A DNA stretch of 64,000 nt from NCBI RefSeq assembly GCF_009914755.1, contig NC_060928.1. The stretch is one strand, 5' to 3'. Under the pieces are notes generated by a model, which was not told the DNA's origin, made no database searches, and saw only the letters and a program-made list of their open reading frames with translations. This DNA is from the human T2T-CHM13v2.0 reference genome, Homo sapiens. Both the position numbers and the translations under genes were made by a program. Below are positions 23,081 through 38,899 of the stretch, one piece after another. Numbering within the stretch: the first letter of the stretch is position 1; each line of letters begins with the position of its first letter.

Positions 23081-25809
23081 CTGTAGTGCAAGATGCTACA
23101 TATTTAGAAATGGACAAAATATGTGTCCATATCATCAGTTTAGAATTTCATGGAGATGCAGATATTAAGTAAAACAAAATTAAGGATAATATAAATTGTG
23201 GCAATTGAAATAAATGGTGACACAAAAGAAATGAACAGAGAAAGGAAGAAAGGAAAATGACTCAGTAAACCCAATGTAGACATGGAATCAAGGAGAATTT
23301 CACAGAGAAAGTAAATTTTCAACTGTCACCTTGAAATCAATGTTTTTAATTACTGAAGATAATTTGTTTTGTCATAGTACATAAGTTTATGTACTCACAT
23401 TGATTTTTAAAAGAAATTCAAGTATTGTGAAGAGAAACATCTTACCTAGGTTTTAAAAAAGTGTTTTCTTTAGATTCCATTATTCCATAATCAATGCTAA
23501 CAAAAACAATATTGTTTTGTTACTTGAAAAAGTCAATGCAATAACAGTGGTGCCTTTTATACTGATTAAAATAATGAGTAAAATGAGTTTTATTTTTGAA
23601 AAAATCTTCTCTTTTCAATAGTTAAAATTGGATGCATAAAAGCCAAAGTTGTAGCTAAATGAAAAATTGTGATGATGAATTGAGCACAGTAATTTAATTT
23701 CTTTGTATATTAGTGACATAAATGTTAACAGTACACGAGACAAGAAGAGAGGTAGTAAAAGAAACAATTATTTAAGGAATTAGTGATTAATATTACAGCA
23801 GTGTTTAGAGAAAATTAACTTGAACATCTTACTCTTCATAGGTACTAAATAAAAGAATGTCACACAAACAATAGCTAAAATTATTTAGTTGCTAGAACAA
23901 ATCTGAATTTTTTGCTATGTTTACAAATAGATAACATTAAGAGCAGAGTTGGTAAGAAATTAATCATAAGCAGGAAAGAATGTGGAAATGATCTAATTCG
24001 TCACTTCTATTTCCAGAATTATTGAAGATTAGATCACCTAAACATATTGAATAAGAAATCCCTGAAATCACCTAAACATATTAAATAAGATACTTGCTCT
24101 TCTTATATGAATCAAAAAAACAGCAGGAAATTAAGAAATACTTAAAGCAGGCATGCAACGAAAGTGGAGCTACACTTAATAATGCAACAAAGAGTATTTT
24201 AAATGCCCCAAACATTTTTATGAGAATCACATGAAATAAAATTTTATCAGAATTCCTATGTTTTTAGGACACAAAGTCAACACAGTAATAAAACAAGATA
24301 TTTCTGTGTATGAATAGTCATGTTTTATTCATGCCAAGGTTTTGAATTGTATCTTAGCAAATCTGTCACATTTGGTCCTGACAATGACAGTGCTCCGTGA
24401 AATGGCCTTAGGAAACAAGTGTTCAAATGATAGAAAGCACACATGTTCATCAACAATGCAATGTATTTAGAATAAGCATAATCTCATTTCACAATTATAT
24501 AGCTCAGTAGAAAAGCAGTAATTTTTAAATGCATAATTTGTGTAAAAATAGGGCACATCTGGAGGTCAGCAGCAGCTTCATTTGGTGAATGTATTAACTT
24601 CATGCACACTGTGATCTTTCATTATGCCTCACTACAATAAGCCATCATTCTTTTCAACTGTCTTAATAAAAGGCAGTTTGTTTCCTTCAAAATCACGCTC
24701 CCAATAATGTCTATAAAAAAATCACATAGAACATACACTTAACACAATTAATGCATCTCAAATTGATGTGTTTTAAATTTAGTTATGAAAATATAGTATT
24801 ATGAGAGCCTAACCAGCCTATTCCAAGACGAAAGTTTGCATAATGTCATTTTGTTTTAAACTCTTCTCATAAAGAGACTTATTACTTAAACCAGATAAGT
24901 TCTATGGCCAAATTATTTTGAGATCCCTCAAATATCATAAAGAGTCCAGAAAGCACGGAAGTTTATGTTTACTTGGAATACTTGTAAATTAAATGAAAAT
25001 CTGCCATATAAACATGTCAGATAGACAAGAAAGAATTTCAGTGTTATTTTAAAATAAGAAAAAATGTAATTACAATTATTACATTTTTTAAGAGATTTAC
25101 TTATTAAAAGTTACAAAAAATGGTGTTTCCAAACTAAAGAACCTTCAGGATAGTTATCCAACCAGTTGGTAATTTTGATTCATTTTTCGTCAAAATAAAA
25201 TTTGTGACGTTTACCTCAATGATATTACACAGATTTAGTCAAAATAATCAGTACTGTGTACCAAATGAAAAGGCAAATGAAATAAATTATCCGAACATAC
25301 CCGTGGTGCACTGAAGCTATCTGGCACCAACTCAGAAGACCACATGATCTGTATTTCTTCTCAGCTCTAAGTTGGTAACTTAAAACCCAAATTGGCAAAT
25401 GCTGCAAATCGCGTTTTTTCTCCCCTCAACAGAAAGCCAATGGGAGATGATGAAATAAGAAACTACAAAATGTATAGGGGAAAATATATTTACAGGGATG
25501 ACAGAGAGTTTATTAATAAACATTTTTCTGGAGTATATGATACTTGAGATATTTGCCTTTTAAAATTTATAATTTGTTTTTATCTTATTTGAATAAAATA
25601 CTATTGTTCCTAAGTTTGTGTTCATGCTATTATTATTATTTTTAAGGTCAAATACTATATAGACCTCAGCCTTCTCAAAACTGATATTTACCCTTGCAAG
25701 GACTTTGGAATCTTTTCATGGTAATTACATCTTTTGTACTCATGTGCGTCTGCTGTCACGTATTTTGTGTATCTTAATTTTTTATATTTTTAAGTAAATC
25801 ACATGGAAC

Positions 25810-27029
<1,220 letters not shown>

Positions 27030-27030
<1 letters not shown>

Positions 27031-27686
27031 ATTTAATATATAATATACTTATTTATATATAAATATAAATAAATAAATATATTTAAATATAAATATAAAT
27101 AAATATATATTTAAATATATATAAATATATATTTAAATATATAAATATAAATAAATATTTATTTATATTTTTAATTTATTAAATATATATTTAAATATAT
27201 ATTTATATATAAATATAAATATATATTTATATATTTAAATATATATTTATATATATAAATATAAATATGTATTTATATATAAATATAAATATATATTTAT
27301 ATATATAAATATATATTTATATTTATAAATATATATTTATATATATAAATATAAATATATATTTAAATATATAAATATAAATATATATTTAAATATATAA
27401 ATGTAAATATAAATATATATTTAAATATATATTTAAATATATAAATATAAATATATATTTAAATATATAAACAAACATATATTTAAATATATAAATATAA
27501 ATAAATATATATATTTAAATATATTAATATAAATATTTAAATATATACATATATAAATATATATTTAAATATATACATATATAAATATAAATATATAAAT
27601 ATAAATAAATATATATATTTAAATATATAAATATATTTAAATATATAAATATAAATGTACTTATATATATTTAAATATATATTTAT
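27030..27686. repeat. AT-rich low-complexity minisatellite with embedded palindromes
   Basis: ~650 bp of nearly pure A/T; repeated 'atatatttaaatatat' and 'ataaat' units. Confidence 0.95.
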
Positions 27687-27875
27687 CCTATAGCTCTCTT
27701 GGTTCCATGTACTTTTTTCCAGTCATCCCTTCATAGAGGCTTCTCTCAGCTGACTTTTATGCCAATGCTTTCATTAACTTCATTTAGATAACAGTTCAGA
27801 CCATAGACAATCACTGTCCATGTCAGGAATTCTAGATGTGGTAACTAAAGGCAAACTAGGATTACCGTGGCCATC

Positions 27876-28291
27876 TGTCTTAGTCTGTTTGTGTTACTAT
27901 AAAGGACCTGAGGCTGGGTAATTTATAAACAAAGCGATTTATTTGGCTCATGGTTCTGCAGGCAACACAGGAAGCGTGGCACCAGCTGCTTCTGATAAGG
28001 ACCTCAGCCTGCTTTCATGCATGGCAGAAGGCAAAGGGGAGCCAATGTGTGCTGACATCACATGGCAAGAGAGGAAGCAAGAGGGAAAAGGGGAGGTATC
28101 GGGCTCCTCTCAACAGCTGGCTGTAATGGGAACTAATAGAGTAAGAACTTATTGCTGCAAGGACTGCAACAAGTCATTTATGAGAAATCTGCCCCCATCA
28201 CCCAAACACTTCCTAATAGGCCATACCCCCAACATTGAGGATCAAATTTCAACATGAGGCTTGGAGGGGCCAAACATCCAAACTGCAGCAC
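27876..28291 (-). mobile_element. MST (MSTB-like) MaLR solo LTR
   Basis: 'tgtcttagtctgtttgtgttactataaagga...atttggctcatggttctgcagg...caaacatccaaactgcagca'. Confidence 0.85.
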
Positions 28292-28322
28292 CATTCTACC
28301 TTCATTAAGAAATTACTGACAT

Positions 28323-28628
<306 letters not shown>

Positions 28629-29369
28629 AGAAATTACTGACACAACTTTGGAGCACTCAAATGTCTCATAGTTAGACTATTTCTGAGCTCACAATTTGGG
28701 AGATTTAAAGAAAGAAAAACCAGCACTAATAAATAGTAGAAATATAAAAAGAATCCTAGAGCTACAAGGAGGCCAGATAATGCAGGTTCTAAAAGCAGAA
28801 GTAAGCAGAAAACTGTTTTACTGATGTGGGCTGGTGTCAATAAAATGTGTTACAGTGTTACAGCGGTGAATTCACTAAAACAGGTGGATTATTTTTTTGC
28901 ATGAAATAATTTTTAGCTTCTTTGGATTTGATCAGCCCATATGCTACATTTTTAAATGTATCAATTTGGGTTGAAAAAATTAAATAACCAAATGGCTTTT
29001 ATTTTTAAAAAGGAACCTTAACAATTTGAAAGTTAGGATTCCCTCAATATAACATTTTATCTCAAAAAATATTTATTATACTTATTACAGCTCATATATT
29101 GGAATTTAATTTTTAAAAGATGCAAATAAAATCTCTGCTCCATATTTGAATGCTCAGCATCCTCCAAAGTACGGCTCTTTCCCCTCTACTCTCTTTCTCT
29201 TTTTTAGCTTGTTATTCAAGAGAACAAAGTCAAGAAATAGGAGCTATAGTCACTCTTTACATTCAATTTCTCATTATTTCTCAGAAGATACTACCTAAAA
29301 ATCTCTCAAATAGCCTTTTTTCTTTAAGTTACAACAGTAACAAGTCCTTGCGTGAATGGAAATAGCTTA

Positions 29370-29900
29370 TGAATTTGTCTGCCTGCATCTGGTTTTGCTC
29401 CCACCAAATTCATGCTAAACATTGCCACCCTGTTGATCTTTACAAATGCAACAACGATTTCATTCTCACCGTCAGAATGTTTTTGGCTCTTCCCGATCTA
29501 CTGTACAGTGTGTGAGTTCTTCATCATCACATCTATGATATGAGCCTGCTTTTACTTTCAGCCTCATCTCACGCTATTCTCTGCCTCTAAATTTACATAT
29601 TAGTAATTCTACCATCCATTTTTTTCTTCCTTCTCCCAACCACCGCATTTCATGTGCTTCGAAAAGAGTCGAAATGCCCCTCGACTGGAAAGCTTTTCCT
29701 GTCCAGCTCCTCTCTCCAAGCTGCCCCTCACCTCCTCCTCGTGCCATTATACAATCTGTCACGTGGTCTTCCTTTTGCAGGTGGCATGGGTTACAAGCAA
29801 GAAGAGCTAACATCCAGTATTTTTAAAATAGTATCATTGTTTTACCTAAGTGTTTGCCAATATCTATTGGACGACTTGTCATTCATTGACTCAGGAAAGA
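29370..29900 (+). mobile_element. L2 fragment (decayed)
   Basis: Pyrimidine-rich degenerate L2-like 3' region. Confidence 0.4.
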
Positions 29901-30639
29901 AACGTTAGAGCAGGTAAAAGGCTCATGAGTTCTAAAACTCAGGCGAAGGCTGAAGAGACTCTAGAGATGGAAAAAATACCCCGATTCTGAGAGAATAATT
30001 TCATTAACAGAAGAATAGCAGTAGAAAAACAAGAGAAGCTTCAATGTTGGTACACTAAACTCAAAGCTGTCAAACCCAATGGGAAAAGGTACAACAGAAT
30101 ATTCAGATAGCCTTATTTTATTTAAGCATACATGAAGTCTATTTGCCCAACCTTACGCAGAGTCCAAAGAGATGTTAACACTCTAAAATAAAATTAGCAA
30201 AATACTGAGAAAGGCATAGTGGCAACATGCACGAACTACTTGTCAGTGGCCAAAGGAGAGAATGGGCATCTCAGCCAGTGTCAGTGAGGACTGAAACTGC
30301 CTGATCATGAGAAACCTCCCACCATAATGACATGGAATCCAATACAAACCTGGGCAAAGGGGCAAGAACCCTGAATTGATATCAAGTGGGGACTTGAAAT
30401 ATGAAATCAAGATTTAGAAAATTGAAGTTGTATTTCTTGTGAACACAACTTGTGGATTGAAATATATACCTACCGAAGCCAAGACTTTGGGGAGGGGCGG
30501 TAGGGAGGCTGGAGTCTCAGGTGCTGGTGTTGAGGTGCTCAGACCCGCATTAACACCGAGAGGGCCCTGTGGAAGGTGGCACACCTTGTACTGTGGAACA
30601 GGCAGTTACTGATAACTTGTGCTAATTTTTTCTTGTATA

Positions 30640-32150
30640 ATCTTTATTTTCCATATTGCCGCAAAGAGAGTTAGCTGATTTCTAAAATTTCTGCTAATCT
30701 GATAAGTGAAAAATGGTAAATTGTTATTTTAATTGTATTTTTAAATTAAAAATGAAATTTAAGCTCTTAAAAATATCATCTGGACATTTTAATTTTAGCT
30801 GATATTTGTAAAATGCCTTTTTAGAGGAAAGGGTCATTGTTTCTCCCAGATTGTTTTATCCTGGTGATGTATCACATGTTCTGTATTAGAGAATTTGTTG
30901 TCTTATGTATGACAAGTACTTTCCCCCAGTGCAGCATCATTATCATTTCCCTTTATTTTGACCCTAAAGAGGTTTTTCACTTACATTTCTTTGTCATGCT
31001 GCTTAAATTTCCATATGTCAATTTCAAGAATTGTTTATTTTTGATTTTTTGGTTTCATAGCATATTTTTTAAAATGCTTTCTCTCTCAAAAATACTAAAT
31101 GTGTTAAATGTATAAAACATGAATGCATATTCTCTTCTCAGATGTGCATGGTTTACTTGTTGAATGTGTTCTGGCATAAAGAATTAAGTACAGACCCAGC
31201 TATTTTTTTCCTTTCCTATTATTTTAGCCTCAGGATGTATTTTACTAGCAAGACTGTGTTCACTGCTGTCAGTTCTGGGCAAGGTCCTCCCTCCCGCCAT
31301 GGCTATTTACCTATTTTTATTCTTCAGATGAACTTTAAAATAATTTTGTGAAGTTTTACTCCCCACCCTAAAAAAAATAAAATATCCTGGCATTCTTATG
31401 GGGTTTATATCTCATCTATGGAACCATCTAAGGAAAACTTATATTTTAAAATATGAAAGTTTTCAAGAATGAGACAGTTTCTTTGATTTATTCAAGCTTT
31501 CTTTTAAGTGGTTCACCTTATTTCAAAAGCTGTATCCACTTGTAGGTTCTATATATTTTTTGTTACACTCATCACTAAACATTTTATTGCTCATAATCTT
31601 TTTTTAAAATTATTATCATGATTATTTTTGGAAATGCTGTATTGCCAAGGCTGGAGTGCAGTGGTACCATCATGGCTCACTGCAGTCTCTACTTCTTGGG
31701 CTCAGATGGTCCTCCCACCTCAGCCTCCTGAGTAATTGGGACGACAGGTACATGCCACCATGCCCAGCTAATTTTTGTATTTTTTGTAGAGACAAGGTTT
31801 CACTATGTTGGCCAGGCTGGTCTCAAACTCCTGGCCTCAAGCAATACTCCTGCCTCAGCCTCCCAAAGTGCTGGGATTACAGGCCTGAGCCACCATGACT
31901 TGCTTTATTATTTGTATTCTTCATGTGAATAATTGACTTCCTTATCTTTACTAGCTTTGTGCCAGTAATACTTTGACTTGCTTATATTAATAATGTCACC
32001 AGCTGTATTAATTCATTACTTTCCATATATTTCCATTTTCAGTGAATCTCTTGAAATATGAAGTTTTCTGTGATATAATTTGCTAATAATTATATTTTTT
32101 CTTGGTTTCTATTCTTTATATCACTCAATTTATTCTCTTTTCCAATGTTT
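30640..32150 (-). mobile_element. Old L1M fragments (reverse)
   Basis: T-rich sequence with reverse L1 motifs, e.g. 'ttcttcagatgaactttaaaataattttgt'. Confidence 0.5.
31625..31903 (-). mobile_element. AluJ-like SINE
   Basis: Reverse Alu, 'catggctcactgcagtct...gggctcagatggtcctcccacctcagcc'. Confidence 0.88.
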
Positions 32151-34003
32151 CGAGGACAGGTTTAACTAATTGTTGGAATAGTTAGCAAAATTTAGAATGA
32201 GCTTCCTATATGGAGTTGTTGGCAGCAGTAGAGAGAAGCATTGAATTGAGGCTTCTGTTCAGCCTCACTCTGGGTCATGGACACTTCCACTGGTTCTTAA
32301 TTTTTCTTATCTCTTTTGACTTTGCTTTCTCTGAAGTCTTTGTTGTGAGACACAGAAACTTTGAAATTTCTTAGGCTTCTTTCTCTTTCTCTCTCTCTCT
32401 TTCTTTCTTGCAGAGGAAAGCAAATTTTATAAACCCTGAAATTCCTTGTACCAAGTTAAGAGCTGTGCACCTACAATGGTGGACTGTGGCTGACGTTTTG
32501 CACATGTCCCTGCTTTACCAACTTACTGCCACCCCAAATCTCTATTCTGGATGCTTCCATATAGATTTATGTTATCTCTAAGAGTTCTCATAAAAGTGCC
32601 CACTCCTTTTCTCAGACTATACTATTTCAGAGAAAACTGGAGATGAGCCACTCAAGCAACTCGTGGAAAATTCTGTTTCTGGGTAACAATATTCAAAGTG
32701 TATGGAATGAACCTGCACCCTTTCTTCCATTTGTGTCCTGCTGCTTCTACTTATTTTTGTCCAGCTTATTGAATTTGGAGGAAGTTAATTGATCTTTTTT
32801 ATGGAAGCAAATTTCCCTAGAGGACAAGGTTTTTGCTTAGGAAAGATAGCTCGCTCTAAGAGAAGGACTGTTGACCAGAAAACCAGTCATAAAGCTATTG
32901 TCATTGCCCAGTTGAATGATGATGGAACAATGGGTGAGGAAGGAGCTAAATAAATTGCATTCCTTGGGCAGCATGGCTGGGCTCAGAGGCAGTAATATAT
33001 ACCCTTGGTTTATATATTAAACACTAATCCACATCATATATTACACAAGATGCTATCACAAAACTATTATTTTTACAGAAAAATCATGTGAAGTAGTTAA
33101 TAGCATCTCTAATTTAAAAATACTGTCCTGAATCCTCTAATGCTAAATAATTAATTAATATCCTCATAGCTTCATAAATCTTATAGCAGTTTGAACTCAT
33201 GTCTCCAAATAAAGAACAATCTGTAATTTGAACCTTATTATTGGTTCAGTATTCTCTTCAATTAATTATTTTGGCAGTCATCTTTTTAAAACATTAAACA
33301 TTTTATTGCATCGGATTTTCTTCTGCTCCTACTGGTTCTCTATTGACCTAAGCAAGCATGAGCTCTTCAGTAATTTTGAAACTATATAACCAAGATATGG
33401 TTTCCTAGCAACTGGCATGCCTAAAAGCTTCCTACCTCTGTTTCAAAATGTTTGCAGTCTACAAATGTTTTCTCTCACATTTTAGCTTCTTTTAGATTTG
33501 TCTTCCAGCACAATTTAATTTCAACAAGTCAAGTATTATACAGAATGCCCACAAACTTTAAGACTTAAGGGCATCAGATCTGTATGCGGATTTACAGGAG
33601 GTGATGTACAACATGAAAGGAAAATTCACCTTTAGAAAGAAAATATCACTTGGTTGAGGTTGAGATGTGTATGAATATCCTGTGTGGAGAATCTCTAAAC
33701 AGTACTAACAGCTGCCATTAGAAGAAGTGACTGTGTCTGCATGCGTGCAAAGTCGAATATCCCCTTTGCTTTTCAGTGTAAAAGAGATGTCATAGCAGCA
33801 ACCCCTCAGCAGCCAGGTAGAAAAAAAATAACAGAAAGTGTCCATGTGTGCCCTCTCTTACACTGAGGGAACGGCTGAGCAAAACAAATAATTGACAGTA
33901 GGAAACTACCAGAGCAGAAAGTAGTTAGAAGCAGACATTTTAGAGTCATACAGACTTTAAAATCCAGTCACATCTTTGCTGATGACTAATTATGTGTATT
34001 TGA

Positions 34004-34370
<367 letters not shown>

Positions 34371-35129
34371 TTAAGTCTGCTCAGCATCCAAATCCTCTTT
34401 TAAGCTTGAAAAAATTCCCCATCATATGAATCTTGGTGGAGGATGGAGTCCCCTCCCTCAATGAAAGGTTAAAAGGCTTTGATGCTAGTGAGGGGCACCT
34501 GCTCTGTACTGAGGACCTCATGTAACTATCTCTGGGAGTGGAACCGATTACGTACAACAAAATTCCATTCTTTGGGCAGCATTGCAACAATCCCCAAAGT
34601 ATCAGTGGTGGAAGTCACAGAAGCTAATGAGTGGCAGTAGTGCTGGCCATGTTCTCACTGAACCGGTCCTCCAGTGTTACCATAAGATGGGGGCATACAC
34701 AAGCTTCATTCCTGTGTGTGCATCCTCCAAGACCGGATTCTCGCTACCTGGGGAAACTTGTTAGCTGTCTACTATGATGTTAACACATTTGTTTTTTGCT
34801 TGCCAACCAAAATCTACTTTCAGGTGCTTGCAACTATGATTCAACATTATTTATCATATAGCACCATTGTGAACACTGAATACGTTAATCCAGGTTATAT
34901 AATTAGCACAGAAACTGGAATACAGCACATACTCAATAAATACTAATGGCATTACTAATTACATGGTATTATTTCTTGGCTCCTTAAGAACTATATTTCA
35001 AGAGATAAATATGTATTAGACCATTTCAGCCCCCACACTTCCAAAGGTTTATGATGAAAGAGAAAAGCCCAAGACGTAAAAAATAAAAAATAAGAAAGCA
35101 GTGAGAAAATGAAAACTAGTGGCAGATGG

Positions 35130-35325
35130 AGGTTAATTCAAATCTGCCCTTTTCGCTTTCTTGAGCAAAGGATTTTAACCTTTCTGAATCGGAGTTCACC
35201 ATCTGCTGTATGTAAATAATTTCTAAACTTTAAGGTTGTAGTGAAGGTGACAAAAATATACTCAAAACATTTAACATATTGGCAGACTTGCATAATGAGA
35301 TTAATAAGTGGTAGCTATTGCGGTT
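35130..35325 (+). mobile_element. MIR SINE fragment
   Basis: 'ttcaaatctgccc...ttgagcaaagg...ttaacctttctgaatcggagtt...catctg...ggttgtagtgaagg' resembles the MIR core. Confidence 0.6.
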
Positions 35326-35541
35326 ACTATAATTTTGCTTTACTCTTTTCTCTTATTCAATTAAAGCAGTACACACACACTTTGCATCAAATATTAGGAA
35401 CTGTAAGAATTTCTACTAGATATTAGTTTCTTCAAATACTTTCCATTCGCAAGTTTATGTAAAACTGGGATGTTAAGTGTCATTAGATGCAGCAGGATAT
35501 TGCTTTTATAATATATGCATTTTTAAATTATGTCAAACTCA

Positions 35542-36151
35542 TGTGAATCCAAAATATCTGAAACATGTCTCAATCAATTTAGCATGTTTATTTTGCCAAG
35601 GTTAAGGACATAACCATGACACAGCCTCAGGAGGTCCTAATGACATGTGCCCAAGGTGGTTGGTGTACAGCTTGCTTTTATATATTTTAGGGAAACATAA
35701 TATATCAGTTAATACATGCAAGACTTATATTTCATTCCACCTGGAAAGGCGGGACAACTCCAGCCAAGGTGGGGGTGAGGGAGTGAAGGAGAGCTTCCAG
35801 GTCATAGATAGATTTGAAAATGTTTTGATTGGCAATTGGTTGAAAGAGTTATTATCAGTAGAAAGGAATGTCTAGGTTAAGATATGGGGTTGGGGAGACA
35901 AAGGTTTTATCATGCAGATGAAGCCTCCAGGTAGCAGCCTTCAGAGAAAATAGATTGTAAAGGTTTCTTATCAGACTTAAGGTCTGTGTTGATGTTAATG
36001 CTGTGGGGGCGAGTATAGTGACGCATGTCCAACCCTTTCTTCCATCATGGCCTGAACTAGATTTTCTGGTTGACTCCAGAATGCCCTTAGTTGAGAGTAA
36101 GGGTCCATTCAGATGGTTGCAGGGACCTTAGAATTTCATTTTTGGTTTACA
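35542..36151 (-). mobile_element. MER4 3' LTR
   Basis: Reverse complement starts TGTAAACCAAAAATGAAATTCTAAGG; contains 'ttaaccttggcaaaataaac'. Confidence 0.88.
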
Positions 36152-37300
36152 TTCTCCCCCTTCTGGCCAAGATTTGCCAAAGGCAACATCAATGGCCACC
36201 ACATTTTTATTTTGTCCCATAGTGTTGCCAGAGTGGCATGGCTGCCTGCCCCAGGTCCATCCTGTTCTTTGATGGGACTCCCTGTGGCCAAGGGACTTAG
36301 AGTCTAGCCAGATAAGAATGGACATAGACAGGCATTCATTATCCCCTTAATTTTTTTTAAGTAATTTTTTTTTAAGTTAAAAGCCAACAAACAAAATCCA
36401 CAGACAGGATACAAAACTGACTTCTCTTTAACTTCTATGTGTTGAGCTACTATAATCTTGGTATTAGTTACAGACTTGTAGTAATTAGCTATATAAAACA
36501 TAAGCATTCTTCTGAAAATTAAAAAAATACATATATATCTGAAAAACTCTTAACTGAGAGTATTATAGCCAAGAGGTTCTGTTATGAGGTATCTTTATAC
36601 TCTCAGTAATTACTTACTTTTAATTCTATAGGAAGTAGTATATTCTTTATGGTTGTGTTACAGGAAAGGGGTCCCAATCCAGACCCCAATAGAGGGTTCT
36701 TGGATCTCACACAAGAAAGAATTCAGGGTGAGTCCACGGTGCAAAGCAAAGCAAGTTTATTAAGAAAGTAAAGTGGTGAAAGCACAGCTACTTCATAGAC
36801 AGAGTAGGGCATTCCCAAAAGTAAGGGGAGAAACGTGTCCACTCTAGGTACAATGTTTGTGTATATAGGATAAAAAAAGATCATGAGGAGGGAGATGTGC
36901 TCTGCTACAAGAGTTTGTGATTAATTTTCTTAATTACAATATTTTTGCAAGAATCAATATTATTATCTTTAAAGCAAAATTAGGAGTCCCTTTGTTCTCA
37001 AGATATGGGGATATTAGGACACTCCCAAGTCGGAGTCTGCTTAGTAAACATTATCAACCTGTTCCCTTAATCGTAAACATCTAGAGGCTAGGAATGCCTA
37101 ACTTTCTGGGAATGCAGCACAGCCGGTCCTAGCCTCATTTTCCTAGGCTTCACTCAAGATGAAGTCACTCTGGTTCCATAGACTCTGACATATCTCCCGG
37201 CTCCCTTTAAAACAGGACCCTTAATCCTAAGGGTTGCAGAGGAATGAAGATCCATCTTCTATATCTCCTTCAGGCTGAATAGGGGCAATGATATTCCTGC

Positions 37301-37711
37301 CTAACTATTAGGGTCTCTTGCATTCAGGGTAGAGAGAAGCTCATTCAGAAAGCATTGGCATGGTGAAGTTCGTTCAGAGCTGTGAGTTCTGACAAGAGGT
37401 GATACCTGGAAGATTAATGTGTCCAATTTAAGAAAGCATTGAATGAGCTTGTCTTGCATTTCTACACAAAAAGTACGACCACAATATATTCCACAACAGA
37501 AAAGCAAAATAAGTGTAATCACTCCAAGTAAACTAAACGGGAAGTCTTTCCAAGAACTGGGTAGTTGTCGGAACCAAGCCGATATTGTACACAAGTTACT
37601 CTCGGCATGATTCCAACTTATACCCAAAAGTAGAATGCCAATCCATGTCTTTACGTTACCCATCCTTTTTGCTTCTTCTGAACAGGAGTTGGAGGTTACT
37701 GGTTGGCTCAC
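37301..37711 (-). pseudogene. Possible env transmembrane/cytoplasmic-tail remnant
   Basis: ORF contains a hydrophobic stretch 'FSLLGVITLILLFCCGIYC' after a Trp-rich segment, just upstream of the PPT and 3' LTR. Confidence 0.45.
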
Positions 37712-37749
37712 AGGAATAAATGTGATCAGTCTCTTCTGTTCCTCAGCCT

Positions 37750-38760
37750 GTGGAACTCCGTAAGAGAAAGGTTTAATTTGAGATAAGTGGACCTAGCTGT
37801 TTATTCCCAGAAGCTTACCTGCAACTGGGGTATCAAGTAAGGAGAACTTGATAGGGTCCCTTCCATTTCTGGGGAAAGTTGATCTGCTAGGGATTATTCC
37901 TTCCAAGTTTTTAATAGGACCCAATTTCCTGCTTGGGTTGTAACAAGAGTCTCCTCCTTAGTGGGGGAAGGGAGTCTTTGATTTCCATATTCAGGGAGTG
38001 CCTTTTGCACGTGTCCTAAGTTGATCACATAATTCTGTGGCTTGAAAGTATCTACGTCTATTAGGAGGTCTGTAGTTACAAAAGGCCTTTGACACATCAT
38101 TTCAAAAAGGCTGAGAGGCAGATTTCCCTTGAGGGCCCCTCAAACCCATAACAAGGCTACAGGCAATACAGGCAGCCAGGTTTCTGATGTTTCTTGGCAT
38201 AGTTTGGCAAGAGCCCTTTTTACAGTTTGATTAGCTCTTTCTACTTTCCCTGAAGTCTGTGGCCTCAACGCCAGGTGAAGGTGGTACAGAATTCCTAGAG
38301 CTGCAGATATGTTTTGAGTAATTGTCTCTGTGAAAGATGGACCCTTATCACTCTGTAAGTTCTTAGGTAGCCCAAAACTAGGAATTACTTCCTTTAATAG
38401 GAGTTTAGAAACCTCAATTGCCTTTTCAGACTGGGTACGAAAAGCCTCAATCCAACCTGTAAAGGTGTCAACAAATACTAATAAATATTTAATCTCTTTA
38501 CATGGGGGCATCTGAGTATATCCTAGCAATCTTCACCAGGGTATGTTCCTTTATGCTGAATAGGCCTTACTAGAAGAGGAGGCAAAGATTGGTTATTTGG
38601 CTTATTCAGGGAGCATAGTTCATAGGCCTGAGTTACCTGCTTTACTGTTTTAAGTAAGCCTTTTCCTATAAAAAGCTAAGACATCAATTGAAACAGGGAA
38701 TCTCTTCCCAAATGAGTAGAGTCATGCAAATACTTAACTATTTCCCACTGATTAGCAACT
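37750..38760 (-). pseudogene. pol: Retroviral integrase remnant
   Basis: 'HDSTHLG' (HHCC), 'LLVFVDTFTGW', 'LQSDKGPSF', 'PQTSGKVERAN'; stops and frameshifts between the segments. Confidence 0.9.
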
Positions 38761-38899
38761 GGTATCAACGGTTTGTTTTCATTGATAAGCCAGCCAGAAG
38801 GATCTTGAATTAAACCCTGACCTTTAGCCCATTCTTGTTCCTCTTTAGTATATTTTGGTTCTGTCATTACTGTAGCTGAGGGTACTAGTATGCCGACAA

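Noticed and set aside
37301-37711. Co-opted env (syncytin-like) gene
   Set aside because: Only a short TM-like tail; no signal peptide, SU, furin site or immunosuppressive domain visible.
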